A stretch of 64,000 nucleotides of DNA from Trichinella spiralis (Eukaryota), in NCBI RefSeq assembly GCF_000181795.1, contig NW_003526945.1, positions 1,364,796 through 1,428,795 of the forward strand, given 5' to 3'. Below the pieces are notes generated by a model that saw nothing but the letters and a program-made list of their open reading frames with translations, did not search any database and was not told where the DNA came from. Positions 1-11,244 of the stretch are shown here, one piece after another (the first letter of the stretch is position 1; each line of letters begins with the position of its first letter). A program made the translations under genes and the position numbers.

Positions 1-1058
1 ATTGTACATGCATTCATAGCAAAACATAAGAAAAATAAGTTCCCGTAAAAAATTTTCACTTGAATGCACCATCTTGCATTTGCACTATGGGTTACGCATT
101 GAGAGAGCTCACTCGAACAGCACTTTAATAAAATAAAACTAGGAATACAACTTTTGCATTTCCCTCATTTGTGTATTACTTAGTAGTCTTCTTATCGTTA
201 ATTTGGCAATTCAAATAATGTATAATACTGTATTGGCAATTATTAATTATCTATCTGTGATTTTATATTTGAAGTATACTTTAACGTAGTATTATAAGAA
301 TCCTTTATCTTTCCACATTTTATCTGCTTTATTTCCATTTTTTGGGTTTTATCAGTGCTCATGTAAGATAAAACACTATGCTGGAATAACTACATTTATG
401 TTAAATGTGACTTGTATTTATTTACCGGAACATGGAAGCAAGGTCATTTGCAGCCAAGCCGGCAGGCACCAGTGAGATTAATTACCATCAGATTCGAATA
501 CGCTTTTCATTTATTGCTGTGTGGTTCATGCCTGAATTCCAGTATATTTGAAAGTCGTTCATGATCTCTCCCTTTTGTGCCTGTATTCGCACAACTAAAC
601 GTCTGATACTTTTCTGACAAACTCACATTATCATGTCTGCCCAATTAAAACGAAAACATGATCAACATATACAATTTTCCAATAGCCGACGCAAAATCAT
701 TTCCTTTCTGATAGTATTTAATGATGTTGAGGGAGGAGCAAAATAGAACGTCTGATCTTGCGAAATTTTGTAGGGTGCAGCCACCCTCTACCAGCAGAAA
801 CTTAATTGGGGAGAAGAAATGAAAAAGAAAGTGCATAATTATAGTCTTGTAAAAAGAAATTATATTCCTTCATTCAACGCAAAATATACAGAAGCGTTCA
901 ATTGATAAAGAGAGATGGATGGGTTTTACAAAAGATTTATGATGTTCATGTATTAAAATACATGACAGTCTGATGAGTAAAAAAATACAATGTTCAAAAA
1001 AAAAGAAACTTAGTCATGTAATAATTAAATGTAAGTAACTAATGTCATTCATTGTAAT

Positions 1059-1195
1059 AGGCAGCAAAACGACAAACTGCAAAAAACACTAACTTTCATG
1101 AATAAAAAAATATAAAAAGGAAAACAACCCAAATACTGAAAAAATCATTTCCGCCGAGGAATGAAAAAGGACCGTTAACAAAATGGGAACATGGT
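1059..1195. repeat. Older diverged partial copy of the end of the 1286-bp unit
   Basis: aggcag..gacaaactg..cacta.ctttcat.aataaaa..ccaaata.tgaaaaaatc..cgccga aligns to 2131-2229, then jumps to ggaatgaaaaagga (cf. 2444). Confidence 0.8.
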
Positions 1196-3677
1196 ATGGT
1201 TTCATTAATTTTTTTCAACAGAACCATCAATTTTTAAACCCAAAAAAATAAATGTTTTTTTACAAGAATTGTTCTTGAATTTCATTATTGTAACAAAAAC
1301 TTTCAAAATTAACAACCCTTGTTAATTGAATTTTTTCATAGATTGCAATTCAATTATGAAAATAGTCCAAAATTATCATATTTGAAAACATTTTTCGTGC
1401 AATATGCCAGTCTTTTTTTTTCTAAAAATTCCACATGCTCAAACCACCAACTTTATCAAATTTCTCAAAACATCATCGATTACGGGTTATTCCAACTTTA
1501 CATACCTTTAATTGGCACAAAATTGCTTGTTCTAAACATAAAATTATTTTACAATACGCCGTTGTTTGTGAGATGCTCGGAATAATTTCCATTGTACATA
1601 CTGGTGGATTCCTTTAATGTTTCCAACAAATACCATGCATGAGCCCAATAATTTGACATAAATTGTGATATTATTTAATTTCATAGCATTTCTAATGAAT
1701 GTCAACTCTGGGCGACTACACATTATACTAATTATGCAAATCGCTATTGTATCGTTGCAAGTTAGCGAAAGTAAATTCAAATAGTCGCACTTGTGGGATA
1801 TATCAAAAGCTTAATCAATGACAAAGATGGTAAAAGGGATTGGATGTAATGAAATGTTTACTTTTTAGCAAAGTAAACACTTACAACGCTTTCGTTTTGA
1901 TTCGCTGGAATTAATGATTATTCAAAAGGAGTAATTTCAGACATTTAATTCAATTGATCGTAAAAAAATATACAACAATGAAAATTTAACTGATTTGATG
2001 ACTGAAATGTTTCATGTGCAGAAATTGGAAGTTACTGCGGCCGTTGGAATACAGTTACTGATGATCGACATCTCTACGTATTAAAATGGACAGAAGATTA
2101 ACTTTAAAACACATTTATTTCAAAACGACTAGGCAGTTTAAGGACAAACTGTCCAATGCACTACCTTTCATCAATAAAATATTATAAAAATCAAAAAAAT
2201 CCAAATATTGAAAAAATCTTTTTCGCCGATTTTCGTAAAAACAACAAAGTCTGTAACCCATGAAATTTTGCAATTTTCTGGAAAAATTTCTTACTCCAGA
2301 AATTAACGTAATTGATATATGTCTTTTGAAAATTTTTTTCTATTTACTAAAAACGTATCTGGACCTCCAGTAATTGCGTATTTGTTGAGATTTACGCAAA
2401 AAACCACACCGTGAATAGGATTATACAGAAGTCGAAATAAAAAGGAATGAAAAAGGAAAGTTAACTAAATCAGAAAATGGAATGGTTTCATTAATTTTTT
2501 TCAACAGAACCATCAATTTTTAAACCCAAAAAAATAAATGTTTTTTTACAAGAATTGTTCTTGAATTTCATTATTGTAACAAAAACTTTCAAAATTAACA
2601 ACCCTTGTTAATTGAATTTTTTCATAGATTGCAATTCAATTATGAAAATAGTCCAAAATTATCATATTTGAAAACATTTTTCGTGCAATATGCCAGTCTT
2701 TTTTTTTCTAAAAATTCCACATGCTCAAACCACCAACTTTATCAAATTTCTCAAAACATCATCGATTACGGGTTATTCCAACTTTACATACCTTTAATTG
2801 GCACAAAATTGCTTGTTCTAAACATAAAATTATTTTACAATACGCCGTTGTTTGTGAGATGCTCGGAATAATTTCCATTGTACATACTGGTGGATTCCTT
2901 TAATGTTTCCAACAAATACCATGCATGAGCCCAATAATTTGACATAAATTGTGATATTATTTAATTCCATAGCATTTCTAATGAATGTCAACTCTGGGCG
3001 ACTACACATTATACTAATTATGCAAATCGCTATTGTATCGTTGCAAGTTAACGAAAGTAAATTCAAATAGTCGCACTTGTGGGATATATCAAAAGCTTAA
3101 TCAATGACAAAGATGGTAAAAGGGATTGGATGTAATGAAATGTTTACTTTTTAGCAAAGTAAACACTTACAACGCTTTCGTTTTGATTCGCTGCAATTAA
3201 TGATTATTCAAAAGGAGTAATTTCAGACATTTAATTCAATTGATCGTAAAAAAATATACAACAATGAAAATTTAACTGATTTGATGACTGAAATGTTTCA
3301 TGTGCAGAAATTGGAAGTTACTGCGGCCGTTGGAATACAGTTACTGATGATCGACATCTCTACGTATTAAAATGGGCAGAAGATTAACTTTAAAACACAT
3401 TTATTTCAAAACGACTAGGCAGTTTAAGGACAAACTGTCCAATGCACTACCTTTCATCAATAAAATATTATAAAAATCAAAAAAATCCAAATATTGAAAA
3501 AATCTTTTTCGCCGATTTTCGCAAAAACAACAAAGTCTGTAACCCATGAAATTTTGCAATTCTTTGGAAAAATGTCTTACTCCAGAAATTAACGTAATTG
3601 ATATATGTCTTTTGAAAATTTTTTTCTATTTACTAAAAACGTATCTGGACCTCCAGTAATTGCGTATTTGTTGAGAT
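1196..3677. repeat. Direct tandem duplication, period 1286 bp; near-identical blocks ~1196-2391 and ~2482-3677
   Basis: Identical ORF translations offset by 1286 (1319/2605, 1435/2721). About 8 substitutions seen by eye between the copies. The remaining ~90 bp of the period is homologous but diverged. Confidence 0.97.
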
Positions 3678-4130
3678 ATATGCAAAAACTAAAACTTGAA
3701 TAGTATTTTAAGGAGGTTGAAATGAAAGGGAATGAAAAAGGAACGTTATGTTTATCAGAATATGGTATGGTTTTATTAATTTTTACTACGCCCCCATCAA
3801 TTTCTAAACTCAAAAAAATAAATGTTTTTTACCATAATTGTTCTTGAATTTCATTAATGTAACAAAAACTTTCAAAATTATGAGCCCTTGTTAACTGAAT
3901 TTTTTCATTGATTGCAATTCAGATACAAGAATTGTCCAAAATTATCATATTTGAAAATATGCATATTTCACATAATCATATTGAAAATGAAAATTTGAGC
4001 TTCTATCGATTCGAACAAATGCAATGCATGAGCCCAATAGTTCAACATGTATTGTGAATTTATTTAATTTCATAGCATTTTTAATATAGACTCACCATGT
4101 ACGACTATATATTGTACGAATTATGCAAAC
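3678..4130. repeat. Older diverged partial copy of the 1286-bp unit with an internal deletion
   Basis: 3730-3960 aligns to ~1160-1390 (e.g. caaaaaaataaatgtttttt, ttcttgaatttcatta, gtccaaaattatcatatttgaaaa). 4015-4130 aligns to ~1627-1740 (atgcatgagcccaata, tatttaatttcatagcattt, aattatgcaaa). Confidence 0.85.
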
Positions 4131-5142
4131 GAAAACGGTTAATGGAAAATGAATTTTTTTCTAATATTCACTTACTCAACTGACTTCAGTGGTTTGACCC
4201 ATCTTGTTTATCTTTCAGTTTTCATATCTTCTTCATGCATTATTAGGTTTCATTCTGTGTTTAAGCTTTAGCATGCAATACATCATAAGACGCTTTGTTT
4301 TGAAATTAACCTCAAAGTAAATAAGTAGACGAAAAATCAAAAGATGACAGTGTCAAAATGAAATCAAATGTTAAATAATTAAACATAAAATAAAATGTGA
4401 ATAAATGAAAAACGGTTTTATAACTAATAACTCAAATGAAAAGGATTTTTTGAAAATATTATAATAGTGTAATAAATAATTTCTGAAATTGAACATTTCA
4501 CTGTATGGAAGCGAATAAAATGCTCAAAATATTGCAATCCATGAAAGTAATTGCATACGAAACAATTTTGTAGTCTTAAAGGCAAAACACTGCATTAATC
4601 AAATCACAACCTCACAGCTACTCCTTTACTATTAACGTGTTTACACTGCGACAGAACTTCACCCTTTCAAAGTTCCTCTAGCCCAGAATTACCGAATTAA
4701 GAACCACGGATAACCAGACAGACATTTTGTCAGTAGCACTGCTTCATATCGCCTGCGTCTTCATTCTTCTAAATATCTGTGAAAATGGCAAACATTAAAA
4801 CAAATATTCATCATACATGCTCGTCCATCTTTATGCATACACTACAATTTTCAAATAGTATGCTGAATTGAAAAGAATATTTTGAAGCAACAATGAGCAA
4901 AATAAAAAAAATTGCAACTTGTCATAATAGCCGTTTTCTCATCATTGCCATCTATCTTATTCATTTGATGCTATTCTAAGCCATAATAAATTATTTACAA
5001 AAAAAAACATTAAAATAAAGTAAACAGAAGAAGACGTATTTGTTTTCTGTATACTCAGCGGACTTTTTAGGGAAAACGCCGCATTATTGCTTTAAAAGTT
5101 CAGTTCAAAATGCTGTCTAATGTAAAATATTATGACACATTG

Positions 5143-5174
<32 letters not shown>

Positions 5175-5289
5175 CTGATGCACTAATGATATCTGCTTTG
5201 ATTGATATCTTAATGTAACAAGGATTAAAACCAACAAGAAATGCAGCTTCATTGAATAGGCAACGTCCTCTCTTCGTTGTTCTCCATAT

Positions 5290-6190
5290 TCCTCTTTTTG
5301 TGCTGCTCTAAATTATGATAATTCATTTTCATGAAATACAAATAAAATTAACAAACAACTAATAGATCGATTTATGTATTGTCATCCAAGTTTTTCGTAA
5401 AAGCACCGTACTGTTCATTCACCGCTAGCCGGTAGCCTAAATTGCTCCAAATGAAGCTCAATCAATGAACGTTTTCTAATGCACGTTAGGCAAGTAAACA
5501 TTAGCATTATTACTGGCAGGAATACTTTAGAAAAAATTAATCAGAATATTTGGCAAACAAGGACTCTTCACACAGCGTCGTTAGATTTAGCCTAACTGCA
5601 CTAAACCCCAACGTTGAATCATCTTAGTTTACTGAAAATAATTTTCAATTCATCTCTGCAGTGTGACATAAAATTTTCACTTTAAGATGGTCATTAATGT
5701 GAAACATTAAAACATATTAAATATGTATTTCATTTATAACAGACTAGACTAGACTAGACTAAGTGTTTGACATTTCAATGAAATACACAATTTCAAATTC
5801 TTAAAATTTCAAAAAATTATTGACATCGTATCTGATGTCAGTTTGATATTATTCAGTCATATATAATATATAATAGTCAATATAGTGAATAACTGATTCA
5901 ACTATATGTTTAAACAATCGCAACTTACCAAAGTAATGGTCTTTGCGTCGTAGAGCTGTTGACAATCTTCAATTTTTGTGCTGTTCTAAATCATAATGCA
6001 TAATTCAAGTGCAAGAAGAAGAAAAATAAAAAATAAATCATTTTTACGGTTTTTCGTTCACTTTTTTCCAGTAAAACAACCTGATTTTGCGTACCGCACA
6101 ACGTTAGCCTACAGTTCTTCCTCAAATGAAAAAGCTCAAAAGCAGACAAATAGCATTAGCATAAAAATTTGCATGTTGCTCGCTTTTACT
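5290..6190. repeat. Old internal duplication (~680 bp offset) of small-exon-like blocks
   Basis: ttttgtgctgctctaaattatgataattca (~5297) vs ttttgtgctgttctaaatcataatgcataattca (~5973). tagcctaaattgctccaaatgaagctcaa (~5433) vs tagcctacagttcttcctcaaatgaaaaagctcaa (~6105). Confidence 0.55.
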
Positions 6191-7560
6191 GCTAATTGTC
6201 GTTATAAACAACGCTCGTTTGTATTTCCATTTGAATTTTGGGTCAAGTTTGCAAAAATTATGAAAGTAATGGAAGAATTAATGCCTCATTTAACGACCTC
6301 CAATGTATATAATATTAATTTGTGGCAGTTATATTTTCTCAGTATTTCTATTTTAAAATTTCAATTATAACAAAATATATTTCAATGGTAGTGCATGCAA
6401 AGAAGATGTGTTGATTTGTTGTTTTAATTAGAAAATTAATTTTCATTAAAAATTAGAAATTGTTCTTTAATGCCATAATGCCGCTTATAAAAAACGGCTT
6501 TCTGGTGAAAGAAAAAATCAAAGTATTTCCATACTATTTGCTCAAATTGATCGGTGAATTCATTTGAATCGAGGTATGAATGCTCCCAAAACGTTGCCAC
6601 AAATTCCTCGATAATGTAGTACATAGAAATTGGAATTTTCCAACTGTTGTATTGGTGCGTGAGCAGTTGGTTCAGGAATGTGTGCCACTGTTGAAAATTT
6701 CCTTTGAAACTGACAACTTTGGCACGTAGAACTTTGCAGCAACATGAAGAGCAGCAGCATTTTTGAGCAGTTGCTATCTGGGGTAATTTTTGTCATTAGT
6801 TTCAGATTATATACAATGGAATATAAATAATACAAATTAATCATAAAATACGCCAAAAAATATAAGATTTTTAATCTGTAATATACTTTATTTTTTTATA
6901 AGCAACCGATTTTCATCTGAAAGTATGCTTTTTTAAAATCTTATTTTTTGATTTTTAAAGCTGTTAAAATGGTAATTTCAGAGTTGATTGTGAAAGTTTG
7001 AACAAGCTTTTCTGCTTAATGCAAGCACTGTTTATAGTTTGGATGGAAATGGATCCGCACCAACTAAAAGTGCAGCAAAATATGCATTGGTAAAAAATTT
7101 CCAAAGCAGAAAGTAATTGAAAAACTCATTCAACAAATTGACGCTAATTAGAAGAACGAATTATTGATCGATAATTGACTTTAATTATGTTTTATTGTGT
7201 TGCAATGTGCACGTACACTTGGGATGCAATGTAAAACAGCATATGAGCATATTAGACAACAATATGCAACACAAAAAAGGAATAAATGAACATAAAATAC
7301 AAAGTCATTCATTTATTTCTTAATTTCCTCTTCTGAACTATATGAACATATCAAATTCAGTACCGCAGTATGGGAAATATTATTTTACATTCGTTGCTAG
7401 AAAAATTTTATTGTTTTCTTTAAATATCACAGAATACATTCTGAAATAGATATCTGTTAAGACGCCTCACGCTGACATGCATGCACAACAGAAGACATAA
7501 CAATTGTTGCAATTAATATCGAATTAATTATGAATTCTTTTTTGTTTGATTAGAGTAGTA

Positions 7561-7675
7561 TCATTCAATCCATTCTGCTGGGATCCATTGCTTTTGACTT
7601 CTCAGTGATTCGAAAGCATCTAATAATCTGAAATTGTAAAAGAGCGCCCTTTTTAGATGCATTTTTATTTAAATA

Positions 7676-7720
<45 letters not shown>

Positions 7721-10410
7721 TGTAAAGAGCTCATCTGATTTTGAAATTTTCTCACATCTTCTATATGCTTACTTCTAATTTACGATAGATATTCAAAACT
7801 GCTATGCTGTATTTGAATTAATTTTATTATCAAACATCTTTCTTACAGCTACTAAAGGTTAGAAATTTTAAGACAAAGATTAAAAAATACTTTTATTTTA
7901 TTGTTTTTTCTTTCCTAAAATGCATTAGCAGTTTTTTACTTTTAATTTTAACATTGCCTTTGTGTATTTTCAAAACGTTACCTTCTGAAAGTGATTTCCG
8001 TGTTTCTGTTCACCAAAGTCAAATCAAACAAGTGACCGTAGATATTTTTGATAGCTTGACTTTCTAAGCAAATTTGCTTTAATTCTTCGTCCTAAAAATC
8101 GTTGATGCCATAAATCCAAAAAAATATGAAAACTGCAAAATTACCGTTCGAGGTCTCAAACTATCCCGATGAATATTATAAATGTGTTTGAATTCTTCAT
8201 ATGGTGGTGTATCAATAAACACAATGTAAGGCATAAATTCACGATTTCGAATGACATTTATAGCCTAAAATTAAACACATTATTATGATTATTATTATTT
8301 TACAAATTATTGCATTATAATATGCAACAATTATGTTAGGCTATCTTCTTCACAAGTCAGTTTAAATAATAAAGTGCCAAATTTTTGTGGTTTTGATTTA
8401 ACAACATACCTGTGGTCCGCAGTCAAGTACGCACACTTGACCTTTCTTTATAACTTCTTTTATAGAATCCAATTTTGTTCCGTATAATTTTCCATTTAAC
8501 TCGCCACATTCCAGAAATTTTTCGTTCTCCATTTCTTCCTTCATGTAATGATAGGACACAAAATGATATTCACGTCCTTCACGTTCTGTAGCTTTCTGTT
8601 TTCTGCTAGTATCTGAATTATTTATCGAAATGACATTCTATTATGATCAATCATTTCACAAGTAAAATAAAATTACATGGAATAACCGTAGCAAAATTTT
8701 CAGGATCGTGTCTTAGAAGATGCGATTTTATGGTCCTCCTGCCAACACCCCTGGCAGCGATTAAAACCAATGTACGTCGCCCATATGGGCAAAGCTTAAC
8801 AAGTTCTTCGTATATTTGCAAACTTTTCAAACCTGAAATTTAATTAGCTTCACTATTTGAAAGTTTTATCATGTCAGCACTTTAACTTACATTTTGTTTT
8901 GCAACTTTCACGGGGAGTTTTTCTGTGAAACAGTGTAATTCCATTTAAAACTAAAAGAAACTTAATTAAAACTTACCCTATATTAAGTTTATTAATTTTC
9001 TCAGCAACAACAGATTTGTGAAATAAATATTTACGTTTGCTTTGCAGTATTCCGTAAGATTCAAAACTTTTGCTTTCTTGCAAACCATTCTCACAGACGC
9101 CTGACTTGCAATCATGCGTCGATTTTTGGAGACTAATGGAAGGAATTAAGCCACTTGATGACCATTCATCTACTTTTCTCGCCTTAAACAGTGCCATTAA
9201 CAAAAGCCGTTGTATTTTGATCAAAAAAATTAAACCTGCCACCAGTCTTGATCTTCCTTGCAACTAACTTGAAGAATATCGCCAATTTTAAATTGCAGTC
9301 CAACAGCTTTCTGATCAAGTCTGTTGTCAGAAGAAGGATTGTAATCGAATAAGCATTTCAAGTAAGTCTAAATAATGAAACATCACATATCTACATATTT
9401 TTTTCTATATAAATTACATTTTCAGCTTATTTACCTCTTTATCGGAGAAAGGCATGCATTTTAAAGCGCTTGGTACAATTTCCAATGAAACTTGCTCGCT
9501 CGATTTTACTTGATCATGAAATTCTTCTTCTGTACTTACGGGAACACCATTAACCGCTATTATGCTATCACCAACATTCAGCACTTCTAGACAAATACAG
9601 CCATATGCATTTTTTAACTCATTAATACACGTTTAAGATAAATATTTGCACAATTATAGCAGAATTAATGATAACTTAAATAATCACAAAATTGTGTTAA
9701 TTTAAATTTTCAAAAATTATTTGATATTTAATCTTTCGTGTAAATAATTTCATAAATAATTTTAAAATTCCCAAAATTAGCTCTACAATTCACAGGAATG
9801 TGCTCAACAGTACTGAATTTGCAGTCAGTATATTTTTAATAATAATTAAGAGCATAAAATCATACTATGAGGCAGTGCTGAATCACTGACAGATTCGACC
9901 AACAAATATCCATCTTCAGGACGAATTGTTATGTCATTAAGCAAAGATTTTTCACACTCTTTCGACAGTTTCGTAAAACGAGAGCAGTAAGCAGTGCTCA
10001 CCTAGAAGAAAGCAAAGCGTAAATCAATCAATTGGCAATTCAATTGCTGGAACATTTTGAAAATGAAATGAAAAAGCTGCGCACTACGTGGTGCTCTTCG
10101 TTTCCCTTTTTTGGATCAGTCTGTTGAACAGAATCGAAATGCTTGGTAACAAAAGTGCTTCCATCCTGCAACACACACAGGTGAATGTTAAAATCTTTTC
10201 CTTGTGAAATGCAACATAAATCACCGTTTTTATTGATTCCGCCAAGTGTTTATCACTCAAGCTGTTAAACGATGTTTCAGCACCATATTCTAAGTTCCCA
10301 AGACGGTTTACTACTTCACACAGTTTATCGCTCAACAGTTTCACTTGGCTTTTCAATGCTTCAATTTCTTCACTTGACGAATACGGTTGAATTTCTTCCA
10401 TATTGTTCAT
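7561..10410 (-). CDS. MAGUK p55-subfamily (MPP/PALS-like) scaffold: PDZ-SH3-guanylate kinase; ~12 exons
   Basis: Spliced reading gives PDZ (LNVGDSIIAVNGVPV), SH3 (LKCLFDYNPSSD..GLQFKIGDILQV..DQDWWQ|ARK..GLIPS) and GK (YEELVKL..RRTLVLIAARGVGRRT..FATVIP|TSRKQKATEREGREYHFVS..FLECGELNGKLYGT..CVLD; PYIVFI). It ends QWIPAEWIE* at 7561. ATG at 10410 follows a tttag acceptor. Confidence 0.9.
7681..7718. repeat. (TA)n microsatellite in a MAGUK intron
   Basis: Perfect TA run. Confidence 0.95.
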
Positions 10411-11199
10411 TTTTTTATCTAAAATAAGAAAATACAATTCTAATCCAGATTTTCCGTTTAAATAAGCCCATTGTACAATATAAACATTCTACAGTTGGCA
10501 ATTTAAATAAATAGATTAACAAATCGCTCGCAAATTTGACTAGTGCAATACATTCACCTAGCAAGGAGAAAAATGGTCAGTTTTCTGTGAACAAATAAAT
10601 ATATTTTAAAAGTGAAACACTTGCCAAAGCACATTAATAGTTATTATTCTTGTTGTTGTTATCTGTGCAATTACTATAATATGTATGCAGTATAAAATTT
10701 TGAAAATATTTTTATAAAAGTGCAAGATTGTCTTCGTGTTACTGTTGAACCGTGAAGTGTTGATCAATATTAGTCATAAAATTAGAAAAGTTAATATGAC
10801 AACACAACAATTTGGATTGAAAGATAGAAAAATAGTTCAATCAATTTGTCTAAAGCTGAAGTGATAAGCAACAGCTTTCCATTCCACTTTTCACGTTGAA
10901 GTCACTCTGGACACAATGTGCAAAATCAATATAAATAAATCAATATGTGAAGCAAAAAAATTAAAAATATATAAATGTGCACACCTGTGTTTTTACGGTT
11001 TTTAAGATTGTTAAATATTTGCAGCCAAAATACTATTTCACTGTTGACGCAGAAAGCTGTTAAGCAACAACGATAAAGCGGATTGCTACTGCTCAACAAC
11101 GCTTGATCACTTCTATTGATGCAGCGAGAACTTTGTTATTTAAAGAAGAGGTGAAAATTGAATGACAGGTTTGCTGATTGAAGTCGCTCGACACAATTC

Positions 11200-11201
<2 letters not shown>

Positions 11202-11240
<39 letters not shown>
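11202..11240. repeat. (TA)n microsatellite
   Basis: Perfect TA run. Confidence 0.95.

Positions 11241-11244
<4 letters not shown>

Larger units (their letters stand above)
113..6916 (-). other. Candidate micro-exon gene (possibly secreted protein, possibly spliced lncRNA or pseudogene); may run past the window start
   Basis: Minus-strand AG-tiny exon-GT units at 113-122, 627-636, 1264-1273, eight per repeat copy (e.g. 2792-2817, 2888-2897, 2993-3001, 3077-3095, 3171-3190, 3277-3287, 3345-3359, 3436-3446), 4096-4104, 5184-5192 and 6907-6916. tttcag|ATGAAAATCG|gt spliced to 6777 gives MKIDSNCSKMLLLFMLLQSSTCQS, which resembles a signal peptide. A full ORF was not reconstructed. Confidence 0.35.

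Noticed and set aside
1319..3066. Duplicated 60-88 aa ORFs in the tandem repeat
   Set aside because: Mostly non-ATG starts, AT-biased residue composition, overlapping on both strands and no recognisable domain. They only reflect the DNA duplication.
3282..3347. Plus-strand C/D snoRNA-like arrangement (TGATGA ... CTGA, also 1996-2061) containing ttactgcggc, partly complementary to 18S GCCGCGGUAA
   Set aside because: The complementary stretch is not placed next to a credible D/D' box, there is no plus-strand host gene, and the boxes coincide with minus-strand TCATCA exon sequence. snoscan/Infernal would settle it.
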